This document shows positions 43,254 to 52,836 of a stretch of DNA of 64,000 nt, in pieces. Location of the stretch: contig JAEYYH010000006.1 of the NCBI GenBank assembly GCA_023430885.1, positions 5,615-69,614 on the forward strand. Direction: 5' to 3'. The notes beneath the pieces are model-generated. The model searched no databases, was not told the origin of the DNA, and saw only the letters and a program-made list of their open reading frames with translations. How positions within the stretch are numbered: the stretch's first letter is position 1; each line of letters opens with the position of its first letter. The translations under genes were made by a program, and so were the position numbers. The stretch is from Bacillota bacterium. Lineage in GTDB: Bacteria > Bacillota_I > Bacilli_A > RF39 > UBA660.

Positions 43254-45110
43254 ATGAAAGAAAGAAACGGTTTCACATTAGTTGAATTGTTAGGAGTATT
43301 AGTATTGCTTGCGGTAATAGGAGTAATTACAATTCCTACAATTAGTAGAATAATATCTAATTCAAAAGCAAAAGCCATCAAAGCCCAAGAACAAACTATA
43401 ATGAATGCAGCAAAGAGTTGGGGAGCTGATAACGTAGAACAACTACCTAAAAAAGGTTTTGTATTAGTTGCAATTCAAGATTTAATCAGCACTAATTATA
43501 TTGCTGACGATACCATCGATGATATAGACGATTCAACATATTCTACAATGTGTGTAAAAATAAGGGCAAACACTAAATATAGTACATATGATTATGATAT
43601 AACAGAATGTACTGATAATATAAATGAAGATTGTTTTTCATATAGTGTTAGTGGTAACAGTGGAGATTTGTATGCCAGTATAACTGGTTATACCTTTGAT
43701 GATACTAATGTTTGTTCAATGGATGTTACTATACCTGCTACATTAGGTGGATATCCTGTAAAATATATTAATAATTCTTCTTTTTATAATACTAGCAATT
43801 CTAACAAAATAACAAGTGTTGATTTTTCAAATGTTCCTGATTTAATTGGTATAGGTTATGATTCTTTTAGAGAACAAAATCTTTCTACACTAGATTTAAG
43901 TATGCTAGATGATTTATCATATATTGGCTCAAATGCCTTTCGCCAGAATTTGCTTACAACAGTTACTTTAAGTAAAAATCTAGTAACAATATATGGTGGA
44001 GCATTTCAGTACAATAACATATCGTCTATTAGTTTTCCTAATTCATTAAAAGTAATACAGGGAGCGGCTTTTTATGGGAATAATATAACAGGGGTTTTAG
44101 ATTTAAGTAATACTAGTTTAACTGATTTAGGTTCATTTACTACAACAGAAGGTCTTTATAATATTGGCCCTTTTCAAGATAATAATATAACAAGTGTAGT
44201 ATTACCAAATACTTTGAAAATGATAGGCGATGGTGTTTTTACTCAAAATTTTCTTACTCAAGTTAATATTCCATCGAATGTTGAAATGATAGGCAGATTT
44301 GCTTTTGCTGGGAATGCAATAACAAATGAACTGGTTTTTCCAAGCACGCTAAAGGAAATAAGATGGAAAGCTTTTTCTACCGCAATAAGTGGCGGGAAAG
44401 TTAATTTTACTAATGCTAGTTCACTTACTGTGATTGAAGACTCGGCATTTTATGGTAATACTTTAAATAATGGTGTATTAGATTTCAGTCTTGCATCTTC
44501 ATTAACGTCAATAGTAAAGAATGCCTTTAGAGAAACTGCTATATCATCAGCTGACTTTTCAGGTTTATCCAGTTTAAAAACTGTTGGATTAGCAGCATTT
44601 TTAAATTGTCACATTCCGGGAGTGTTAAACTTATCTAATTCTTTATTGTTACAGGATATAGGTGAAGTAAGTCCAACTGGAACATATTATGGGCCTTTTC
44701 AAAATAATAACTTTACTTCTATAATTCTTCCAGATGTCGCATATCGACTAAATGATAATGCTTTCTCATATAATTTACTTCAGGATATTAATTTTGGAAC
44801 GAAGATAACAAGAATAGGCAAATACGCTTTATCACATAATAGTTTTACTAGTTTGACAATACCAGGGTCAGTTATAGATATATATGATTATGCTCTTTCT
44901 TATAATAGTTTAACAAATATTGTACTAAGTTTAGGTGTTTCAAATATAAACTATAGAGCATTTTATAAAATGTCGACTTCAAATCCTAATTTAACGGTAA
45001 TTACTAATTCTACAGGCAAATCATATAATTGGTATAACTTAACAAGTGTTGGTTCTACTGCAACTTGTAGTTTTATAAAAGGGACTTGTAGTACGATAAC
45101 AATAAATTAA
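43254..45110 (+). CDS. Large prepilin-type protein with BspA-type leucine-rich repeats
   Basis: Leader MKERNG|FTLVELLGV. It has more than 12 tandem LRR units (e.g. LDLSNTSLTDLGS..., VVLPNTLKMIGDGVF). Confidence 0.8.
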   Translation: MKERNGFTLVELLGVLVLLAVIGVITIPTISRIISNSKAKAIKAQEQTIMNAAKSWGADNVEQLPKKGFVLVAIQDLISTNYIADDTIDDIDDSTYSTMCVKIRANTKYSTYDYDITECTDNINEDCFSYSVSGNSGDLYASITGYTFDDTNVCSMDVTIPATLGGYPVKYINNSSFYNTSNSNKITSVDFSNVPDLIGIGYDSFREQNLSTLDLSMLDDLSYIGSNAFRQNLLTTVTLSKNLVTIYGGAFQYNNISSISFPNSLKVIQGAAFYGNNITGVLDLSNTSLTDLGSFTTTEGLYNIGPFQDNNITSVVLPNTLKMIGDGVFTQNFLTQVNIPSNVEMIGRFAFAGNAITNELVFPSTLKEIRWKAFSTAISGGKVNFTNASSLTVIEDSAFYGNTLNNGVLDFSLASSLTSIVKNAFRETAISSADFSGLSSLKTVGLAAFLNCHIPGVLNLSNSLLLQDIGEVSPTGTYYGPFQNNNFTSIILPDVAYRLNDNAFSYNLLQDINFGTKITRIGKYALSHNSFTSLTIPGSVIDIYDYALSYNSLTNIVLSLGVSNINYRAFYKMSTSNPNLTVITNSTGKSYNWYNLTSVGSTATCSFIKGTCSTITIN

Positions 45111-45179
45111 TTTAAAAGAGAAAACCATCACTAAGTTTTCTGAACTAGTCAACAAAAAGTAGACACATTTAAAAAACAT

Positions 45180-46022
45180 TTAGAACCCCATTTCAGTTTT
45201 GTACTGGATTGGGGTTTTATAGTTTAAAGAATAAGCTAATCTTTCATTATTATAATAATCTATGTATGTTCTTATAAATTCATCAAATGATGAATAACTA
45301 TCAATGTCGAAATCACTTTGAATTTCATCTTTTATCCAACCGTTGATCGATTCCATTTTTGGATTATCTGTTGGAGTTCCAGCTCGCGACATTGAACGAA
45401 TTATGTTATAATCTTTATGTGCGTTTGTAAACGCCATTGAAGAGTAGACTACACCCTGATCACTATGCAAGGTTGAAGGGTAATCTATTCTTTTTATTTT
45501 GTCTAAATACGGAAATAATCCATCATAATATGGTTTTATTGAATTGTGTTTATTTGTATAACCATATGAAATTATTTCATTATTAAATGCATCCAAATAT
45601 AAAGCTGTATCATAAAGTTCTGTACGATATTTAATACATGTCATATCTGTACATACTTTTTCTAATGGTTTAGTTGCTTTCCAATTATTTTTAATAATAT
45701 TTGAATACAAAATATGCTCTTGTCCAGGGTTTTTATATTTGTAACTTCTTACTGCTGATTTAATGTTTAAATACTTACAGCATTTATGGACTAGATTATC
45801 TGAAATGAGCCATCCTATATCTTTTCTTATCTGCCTATTTATGTGTCTATATCCCCATGATTTATGCTTTGTATGATATTCATTAACTAATAAACATAAT
45901 TGTTCTCTGTCTAATTGGTATTGTCTTTTTATGTCTTTGTTATTTAACCATTTATAATAACCACTCCTTGATACTTCCATATATACACATAAAGATTTTA
46001 TATTAAATTCTAATTTTAGCAT
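45180..46022 (-). CDS. IS3-family transposase OrfB (DDE integrase core)
   Basis: 280 aa with an rve-type catalytic region (HSDQGVVYSS ... ESINGWIKDE). Confidence 0.8.
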   Translation of the reverse strand: MLKLEFNIKSLCVYMEVSRSGYYKWLNNKDIKRQYQLDREQLCLLVNEYHTKHKSWGYRHINRQIRKDIGWLISDNLVHKCCKYLNIKSAVRSYKYKNPGQEHILYSNIIKNNWKATKPLEKVCTDMTCIKYRTELYDTALYLDAFNNEIISYGYTNKHNSIKPYYDGLFPYLDKIKRIDYPSTLHSDQGVVYSSMAFTNAHKDYNIIRSMSRAGTPTDNPKMESINGWIKDEIQSDFDIDSYSSFDEFIRTYIDYYNNERLAYSLNYKTPIQYKTEMGF

Positions 46023-46027
46023 ATTAA

Positions 46028-46408
46028 CTATTTCATATTCTTCTTCGATAAATTTATGAATTGTTTTTCTAGACCAACTCCTTTCACCGTGTAACCTTTT
46101 TTTAATCTTTCATTCTCCACTCTTAATTTCATAAGTTCATATTGTAATTCTTCAATATCTGTTCGATTCTTTTTTCTGTTTAGACCGCCATATGGAGAAC
46201 CCGGCTTCTTCTTATTAATTAATCCTTCTTCTCCTTGTTCAATATATTTTTTTATCCATAAATGTGCTTGTCCCGGATTAATTCCTTCTTCTTTTGAAAT
46301 AATGCTTAAGCTATTTTCTTGATTCATGATTCTTTTTACTATTCTTAATTTTTCTTCTTTCGACCAATATTTATTATCTCTAGTTGCTTTACCTTTAGTT
46401 CTTCCCAT
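46028..46408 (-). CDS. IS3-family transposase OrfA (HTH)
   Basis: 126 aa with a helix-turn-helix followed by a leucine-zipper-like region. It ends just upstream of orfB in the -1 frame arrangement. Confidence 0.8.
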   Translation of the reverse strand: MGRTKGKATRDNKYWSKEEKLRIVKRIMNQENSLSIISKEEGINPGQAHLWIKKYIEQGEEGLINKKKPGSPYGGLNRKKNRTDIEELQYELMKLRVENERLKKGYTVKGVGLEKQFINLSKKNMK

Positions 46409-46496
46409 TTAATTCATCTCCTTAATTTAATTATAACAAAATAAAAAGTAGACACGCTTTTTATTTGTGTCTACTTTTACTTTACCACTTCAATCA

Positions 46497-46709
46497 CTAA
46501 GTTTTCTCTTTTTTCATACCTTCAATTATAGTTTCTAAGATGTTGTCTTTATCATTACTATTTTTCCATAATACCTCAAATAATACCCCAAGGCCAGGTA
46601 AAGTTATTTCTTCTTTATCTTCGACAGCCTCAGTAATAGAGCCTTTTAAATCTTCAGCATTAGTATCTTTAAAATTTTGAATAATATTTTTTCTTATATC
46701 TATATTCAT
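46497..46709 (-). CDS. sspI: Small acid-soluble spore protein I
   Basis: 70 aa carrying the SspI hallmark LPGLGVLFEVLWKN. Confidence 0.7.
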   Translation of the reverse strand: MNIDIRKNIIQNFKDTNAEDLKGSITEAVEDKEEITLPGLGVLFEVLWKNSNDKDNILETIIEGMKKEKT

Positions 46710-46825
46710 ATAATCACCTCTTAATATTATAATGTAGAGTTTTATAAAATTAATTCAACATAATTAAAATTATTATTTATAAGTTATGACATTAATTAAA
46801 ACAAATAAAAAAAGACCTAAGTCTT

Positions 46826-47116
46826 TTAAACCATATAAAAATTTGATTCGGAATAAGATGGAGTTGTGCTATTTGAAGACATCATACCTTCTAATCTTGC
46901 AACTCTCTTTTCTAAGTTATTTACTTGAACTGTTAATGAATTATTACTATCACCAGAGCCATAATTAGTATTTTGCATAGGCATCATAGATGTTTGTGTT
47001 GACATTGGCATACCGCCTTGCATAGGCATACCACTTTGCATAGGCATTACAGGTGCAGGTGTTGGCATACCCGGCATCATACCCATATTATTCATATTTC
47101 CATACATTGGATACAT
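46826..47116 (-). CDS. Met/Pro/Gln-rich low-complexity small protein (spore- or coat-associated?)
   Basis: Has (G)MPMQ-like repeats and a C-terminal amphipathic LEKRVARLEGM segment. An AGGAGG RBS sits 7 nt before the internal ATG (MYPMYG), which argues for this start rather than the longer ORF that extends to 47164. Confidence 0.5.
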   Translation of the reverse strand: MYPMYGNMNNMGMMPGMPTPAPVMPMQSGMPMQGGMPMSTQTSMMPMQNTNYGSGDSNNSLTVQVNNLEKRVARLEGMMSSNSTTPSYSESNFYMV

Positions 47117-47241
47117 AGGATAACCTCCTACAGGGCAATTTCTATCCTTTTTCAGTTTAAACACTTCCTTACTTTCTAATAAATTATATGCATGTATTCC
47201 TTTTTTGTGATAAATATGCTAAAATTGGACATGGTGATTTT

Positions 47242-47874
47242 ATGAGACTTAGAAATGTAAGCGGAGCTAAAGAAATAATTGAGGCATCAAAGTATGTCAT
47301 TTTAAATCCGACTGAGTATAAAGGAAAATATAAAGAAATATTTGGAAATAGTAATCCTATAAAAATTGAAATAGGGATGGGCAAAGGCACGTTTATATAT
47401 AATAATGCTTTAAGGTATCCAGAAGTTAATTTTATAGGTATAGAAAAGTTTGATAGTGTAATAGCAAGAGCTATTCAAAAGATAGAAGATACTGATTTAC
47501 CTAATCTTAAACTTATAAGAATGGATGCATTAAATATAGATGAGGTTTTTGATAAGGAAATAGATACGATATTTCTTAATTTCTCTGATCCATGGCCTAA
47601 AAATAGACATGAGATAAGAAGACTAACTAGTCCGATATTTTTAGAAAAATATGATAAAGTTTTTTGTAATGGCAATAAAGTAATTCAAAAAACTGATAAT
47701 AGGAAACTATTTGAATACTCAATTATGTCATTTAATAATTATGGATATAAGATAGAAGAACTATCTTTAGACTTATATAATGATGATATAAAGGAGAACA
47801 TACCAACAGAGTATGAAAAGAAATTTGCTGGTCGTGGTGAAAGAATTTATAGAGTCAAAGCTACTAGACAGTAA
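47242..47874 (+). CDS. trmB: tRNA (guanine46-N7)-methyltransferase
   Basis: MRLRNV... start. The SAM-binding IGIEKF motif and the LNFSDPWPK motif are present. Confidence 0.85.
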   Translation: MRLRNVSGAKEIIEASKYVILNPTEYKGKYKEIFGNSNPIKIEIGMGKGTFIYNNALRYPEVNFIGIEKFDSVIARAIQKIEDTDLPNLKLIRMDALNIDEVFDKEIDTIFLNFSDPWPKNRHEIRRLTSPIFLEKYDKVFCNGNKVIQKTDNRKLFEYSIMSFNNYGYKIEELSLDLYNDDIKENIPTEYEKKFAGRGERIYRVKATRQ

Positions 47875-47948
47875 ATTAACATGTAAAATTAAGAAAAACT
47901 ACTATAAAATAGTTTTTTTTGATATAATAAAATTATAGAAGGTGTAAT

Positions 47949-48569
47949 ATGAAAAAGACAAGTAGAATAATATTTATGTTGCTTTCCGTATTTCTTCTTT
48001 CTGGTTGTACAGTAGTTAGAATTACTACAGATAATATTGATACAATTGTTAGTGTTGTTTTATCAAAAGATAATACATTATATAATACTATTGGCAAAGG
48101 ATATAAATATTATAAACCAAGAGGGGTTTCTTACATAGATACAAGTGAGTATAATGAAAAACTATATTCTAATGGTAATTATTATTACTTGTATGTTGAT
48201 ATAAATAGTTATTTTTATAAAAAAGAATTTACTTATAAGGAAAATAGCGATAGCTATTATTCAAGATATATTGATGAAGATGGCAAGACTGGTTATCTTG
48301 AAATCAATAAACAAGAGAATGGTTATTATTTAGTCGAATTTTTATATAATTATGCGAAAATAGAAGCTCTAGTCCTTGAGGATGATGTTAATGATGTTGT
48401 ACTCAATGCGACATATATTTTATCTACTATAAAGTATAATAGTAATGTTATAAAATTAATGCTTAACGATGATTATTTTACTAATCCAGAAGAGAAGTAT
48501 GATATTTTTACACCTAAAGTAGAAAATAGCAACTTTCTAGAATATACCGAAGAAGATATAGAAGGATAA
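47949..48569 (+). CDS. Putative lipoprotein
   Basis: A signal peptide with the lipobox LLSGC is present. Confidence 0.6.
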   Translation: MKKTSRIIFMLLSVFLLSGCTVVRITTDNIDTIVSVVLSKDNTLYNTIGKGYKYYKPRGVSYIDTSEYNEKLYSNGNYYYLYVDINSYFYKKEFTYKENSDSYYSRYIDEDGKTGYLEINKQENGYYLVEFLYNYAKIEALVLEDDVNDVVLNATYILSTIKYNSNVIKLMLNDDYFTNPEEKYDIFTPKVENSNFLEYTEEDIEG

Positions 48570-48581
48570 AGGGTGAATTAG

Positions 48582-49514
48582 ATGGGATTTTTAGATAAAG
48601 TAAAAAATATGTTCATTGAAGAGTTAGACGATGAAGATGTTATAAAAAAAGAGGTTATACAAGTAAAAATACCTAAACCAGAGGTATCAAAGGAACAAAA
48701 AGTTGAAGTTAAACAACCTGTAAAAGTTGAACCTGCTCAAGTAGCAAAACCGGCTCCAAGAATATATGATGATTATATAGAGGAAGAAGAAGTTATTAAA
48801 CCTGTGGCAGCGCCAAAACCTGCCGAAGTAAAACCATCACTTCCTAAGTATTTTGATGATAGTGATTTTGAAATGATGGACAAGCCTGTTGAACCAACAG
48901 TTGTTAAACAAGAATATAAATATACAAGAACTGAAACAGTAGTAACACCAGTTATATCTGGGTATAACGGCAAAAAAAATGAAGATACTAAAAAAGTATT
49001 CCAACCAACTCCAATTATCTCACCAGTTTATGGAGTATTAGATAAAAATTATCGTAAAGATGAAATTTCTTCTAAAAAAAAGCCTAGAACTGTCTATACT
49101 GATTTTGATAAAATAAGTGTTGATGATATTCGTAAAAAAGCTTATGGTACTTTAGAAGATGAACTTGAAATTAGTTTAAATAGTGAACATGATACATTTA
49201 GAGTAACTGACGATGATTTATTTAATGAAGATATAATAGATAATAATGATGATAATTATGAAGAACAACCAATTGATATATTTGGTGAACTTGAGAAAAA
49301 TGATGCACTTGATGATTTATTAAACCAATATGATTTTAAAGCAAATAATATTTATAAAGACGATGATAGTTCAAGTTCTTTAGTAGAGGATGAATTAAAT
49401 CGTAATTATGATAAATATGAAAATGAATTAAATAAAAGTTATACTAAAGAATTAAATGATTCAGATTTATTTAATTTAATTGATTCAATGTATGATAAAA
49501 AGGATGGCGAATAA
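48582..49514 (+). CDS. Acidic Pro/Lys/Glu-rich hypothetical protein
   Basis: 310 aa of low-complexity PKPE/VKQP repeats with a D/E/N-rich C-terminal half. Confidence 0.5.
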   Translation: MGFLDKVKNMFIEELDDEDVIKKEVIQVKIPKPEVSKEQKVEVKQPVKVEPAQVAKPAPRIYDDYIEEEEVIKPVAAPKPAEVKPSLPKYFDDSDFEMMDKPVEPTVVKQEYKYTRTETVVTPVISGYNGKKNEDTKKVFQPTPIISPVYGVLDKNYRKDEISSKKKPRTVYTDFDKISVDDIRKKAYGTLEDELEISLNSEHDTFRVTDDDLFNEDIIDNNDDNYEEQPIDIFGELEKNDALDDLLNQYDFKANNIYKDDDSSSSLVEDELNRNYDKYENELNKSYTKELNDSDLFNLIDSMYDKKDGE

Positions 49515-49819
49515 TGGAAACTTTAAATGAGATTTTCCCAGTAATATTATATGGCTTATTGATTATACTAGTAGTAGTTTTAATAGTTTTAGTTATTAGA
49601 CTTATTAAGACTCTAAACAAGGTTGATGCTGTTGTTGATGATGTCAATGGTAAAGTAAAAAAATTAGATGGCATATTTAATATTGTTGATACTACAGCTG
49701 ATGCATTAAGCAATTTTGGAGATAAGTTTTCTTACCTTATTTCAAGTGGTATTAGTGCTTTATTTACTAAAAAAAGAAAAGATTCAAAAAAGGAAGAGGA
49801 GGACAAAGACAATGAGTAA
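49514..49819 (+). CDS. DUF948-family small membrane protein
   Basis: An N-terminal TM helix is followed by a coiled coil. It is adjacent to a YtxH-like gene, which is the typical pairing. Confidence 0.55.
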   Translation: METLNEIFPVILYGLLIILVVVLIVLVIRLIKTLNKVDAVVDDVNGKVKKLDGIFNIVDTTADALSNFGDKFSYLISSGISALFTKKRKDSKKEEEDKDNE

Positions 49820-50222
49820 AGATAAGAAAAAAGGCGGATTTTTCAAATTCTTAGCAGGTGTAAGTTTAGGTGCAGCTGCAGGTGTGCTTTTAGCACCAAA
49901 GGCTGGTTCAGAAACACGCAAAGATTTAAAGAAGTATATTGATCAACTTTTAGAAGAATTAAAAAGTGTAGATGTTGATGAAGTAAAACAAGATATTGAA
50001 GCTAAAATATATGAAATAAGAGAATCTTTAGAAAATCTTGATAAAGAAACAGTTGTTAAAGTTGCTAAAAAGAAAGCAGCAGAAATTCAAGATATGGCTG
50101 ATGAACTTGTTGATTATGCTATTGAAAAAGGTACACCAGTACTTGAAGAAACAGCAGCGACAGTAAGAGCAAAGGCAATTGAAGTTACAAAAGAAGTTCT
50201 AAACAAATTAGAAGAGAAATAA
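49812..50222 (+). CDS. YtxH-like (general stress-associated) protein
   Basis: The GGFFKFLAGVSLGAAAGVLLAPKAGSETRKDL motif is present. Start at MSKDKKK after a GGAGGA RBS. Confidence 0.65.
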   Translation: MSKDKKKGGFFKFLAGVSLGAAAGVLLAPKAGSETRKDLKKYIDQLLEELKSVDVDEVKQDIEAKIYEIRESLENLDKETVVKVAKKKAAEIQDMADELVDYAIEKGTPVLEETAATVRAKAIEVTKEVLNKLEEK

Positions 50223-50304
50223 CACATACATTTTAAATGTATGTTTTTTCTATAATTGATATATTTATAGAAATATAGTATAATTATTAATAGAGGTGGA
50301 TTGT

Positions 50305-50760
50305 ATGAAATTTTTTAAGAAACATATGAAAGAATCAGTTTTTTTAACAGTGTTTCTAGTTATTATTTTTACTTGTTTAATAACATTTTTAATAATGTGG
50401 TTTGGTGGAAATGGTGACAAATATGGTACTAGATTAGATGGAATTAAGGATGTACCATTAAGTGATTCTTATTTGAATGAAATAAGTAGTGAAGTAAAAG
50501 ATGAAAAAATAGTTTCAAAAGCTACTATTGATGTAGAAGGAAGATTAGTTAACGTTATTATTACCGTAAACGATAATACAACAATAGATGATGCCAAAAA
50601 GTTATCTGGAATAGTAAAAGATAATTTTACTGAAGATGAACTTGCTTTTTATGATGTTCAAATTTTTATTGTAGATTCTGGGAAGAATAAAGAATCTGCT
50701 TATCCAATTATTGGATACAAACATAAAACAAGTGATGTTTTTGTTTGGTCGAATACTTAG
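50305..50760 (+). CDS. Hypothetical secreted/membrane-anchored protein
   Basis: An N-terminal TM/signal anchor is present. There are no recognisable motifs. Confidence 0.4.
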   Translation: MKFFKKHMKESVFLTVFLVIIFTCLITFLIMWFGGNGDKYGTRLDGIKDVPLSDSYLNEISSEVKDEKIVSKATIDVEGRLVNVIITVNDNTTIDDAKKLSGIVKDNFTEDELAFYDVQIFIVDSGKNKESAYPIIGYKHKTSDVFVWSNT

Positions 50761-50772
50761 TAAGGTGGTAGT

Positions 50773-52821
50773 ATGAAGAAGAAACATGTACTTATTATTT
50801 CTATAATAATAGTTTTATTAGCAATAATTGGGGTTTTATATTTTATATTTACTAATGAAGATAGTGATTCAACACTTACATTAGTAGAAAAGCAATGGAT
50901 TGAAAGCAATAAAAATAACATTATTGACTTTGGATTTGTTAATGATGTTGCAATTTTAAATAATTCAGGTGAGGGAATTGTCTTTAACTTCATTGAAAAA
51001 ATAGAAGAAGATACAGGTATAGATTTTAACAAAGTATCTTATAAATATGGTGAAGATGTTAAAGAAGATTATGCCTTTAAAGTAGTAGATGAAGTTTCAG
51101 ACGATGATATATTAATCTATACTGACAATTATGTTTTAATTGGTAAAAAGGATCTTAAATATAATAATTTAGATGAAATATCTAATGCGACTGTAGGTGT
51201 TCTTAAAAAGCAATTAGATAATGTCGATAATTATTTAGTATGTGATAATTTAACATATAAATCTTTTGATAGTATTGATGTTTTATTATCTACTTTAGAA
51301 ACTGAAGGCAGTGGTCTTGATTATATTGTTTTACCTAAATTAGTATTTTTAAGTAATTATGGAAATTATAATGATTTATATATAAACTATAATATTACTG
51401 AACTAGTGGATAATTATGTAATTTCTTTAGGTGATACTAAGAAATTAAATAATATTTTAACTAAATACTATAAAAAATGGAGTAGTGAAAACTATAATAG
51501 TAACTATGCTACAGAATTTACTAACTTGTATTTTGAATTAAGTGATGCTGAAGAACAAGCTAAAGTTAAATTTAGAAGTAAGAGATATGTTTATGGTTTT
51601 GTTGAAAATGCACCATTTGATATTGAAGTTAATGGCAAACTAGTAGGAATTAATAGTTCTATAATAAAAAACTTTGCTTCTTTAGCAAATGTTGAGGTTA
51701 CTTTTGATTCTTATTCAAGTGTTGATAAATTAAGAGATGCTTTTGCAAGTGGCGATATTGATTTATATTTTGATAAATACAGTGAAAAAGAATATGATTT
51801 GGATGTATATGATACAGTTTCGGCATATGATGAACAAATTGTTGTTGTGTCAAATTACACAAATAATTTAATTGTTAATTCAGTTAAATCTTTAAATGGA
51901 GTTTCAGTTATTACTTTAGGTAATTCTATGATTGAAGATGAATTAACTAAAGCAGGTGCAGATATAAAGACTTATGCTGATATTAGTGATTTATTATCAG
52001 CAGTTAATAATAAAAGTGTCGTTGTGTTAGATAAAGCAACTTATGATTTTTATAAGAATTCAACTTTCGAAAACTTTAAAGTTGACTATCAATATGCTTT
52101 AAATGGTAATTATAGTTATATGATTAGAGATATAAAAAATAATGAAGTATTTGAAAATTTCTTTAATTATTATTTAGCATTTACTAATGAAACTCCTATA
52201 ATTAATAAAGGATATTATAATGCAATAAATGCTACAACTACAAGTGCTCTTTTAAAGAAAGTTGCTACTGGTCTTGGATCTATCTTTATTTTGTTATTGG
52301 CATTCTTACTTGGAAGTAGATTTATGCCTAATAAAACAAAAAAGAGAAAAACAACTATGAGAAAAGAAGATAAATTAAGATATGTAGATATGCTTACTTC
52401 TTTAAAAAATCGTAATTATTTAAATGATAATATTGAAACCTGGGATGCTAGTGAAGTATACCCACAATCTATAATAATACTTGATTTAAATAATATAGCT
52501 TATATTAATGATAACTATGGTCATCAAGAAGGTGATGAAGTTATTAGACAAGCTGCTAATATTTTAATAACTAATCAAATTCCTAACAGTGATATTATAA
52601 GAACAAATGGTAATGAGTTCTTAATTTACATGGTTGAATATGATGAAAAACAAGTATCAGCTTATATTAAAAAATTAAATAAAGAGTTTAAAGAATTAGC
52701 ACATGGTTTTGGTGCAGCTATTGGTTATAGTATGATAACAGATGGTATTAAAACAATTGATGATGCAGTAAATGAAGCAACTCTTGATATGAGGAATAAT
52801 AAAGAGGAATTAAACAATTAA
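50773..52821 (+). CDS. Membrane protein with a large extracytoplasmic domain and a degenerate C-terminal GGDEF domain
   Basis: TM helices occur at the N-terminus and near residue 495. The C-terminal ~170 aa are GGDEF-like, but the signature reads RTNGNEF instead of RxGGDEF. Confidence 0.6.
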   Translation: MKKKHVLIISIIIVLLAIIGVLYFIFTNEDSDSTLTLVEKQWIESNKNNIIDFGFVNDVAILNNSGEGIVFNFIEKIEEDTGIDFNKVSYKYGEDVKEDYAFKVVDEVSDDDILIYTDNYVLIGKKDLKYNNLDEISNATVGVLKKQLDNVDNYLVCDNLTYKSFDSIDVLLSTLETEGSGLDYIVLPKLVFLSNYGNYNDLYINYNITELVDNYVISLGDTKKLNNILTKYYKKWSSENYNSNYATEFTNLYFELSDAEEQAKVKFRSKRYVYGFVENAPFDIEVNGKLVGINSSIIKNFASLANVEVTFDSYSSVDKLRDAFASGDIDLYFDKYSEKEYDLDVYDTVSAYDEQIVVVSNYTNNLIVNSVKSLNGVSVITLGNSMIEDELTKAGADIKTYADISDLLSAVNNKSVVVLDKATYDFYKNSTFENFKVDYQYALNGNYSYMIRDIKNNEVFENFFNYYLAFTNETPIINKGYYNAINATTTSALLKKVATGLGSIFILLLAFLLGSRFMPNKTKKRKTTMRKEDKLRYVDMLTSLKNRNYLNDNIETWDASEVYPQSIIILDLNNIAYINDNYGHQEGDEVIRQAANILITNQIPNSDIIRTNGNEFLIYMVEYDEKQVSAYIKKLNKEFKELAHGFGAAIGYSMITDGIKTIDDAVNEATLDMRNNKEELNN

Positions 52822-52836
52822 TTCTTAGGTGATGTT

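Larger units (their letters stand above)
45141..46492 (-). mobile_element. IS3-family insertion sequence (about 1.35 kb)
   Basis: Two ORFs are arranged for a -1 frameshift (orfA, then an orfB DDE transposase). Imperfect terminal inverted repeats both start TGAA...AAAAGTAGACAC. The element is flanked by a 15-bp direct repeat. Confidence 0.8.
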
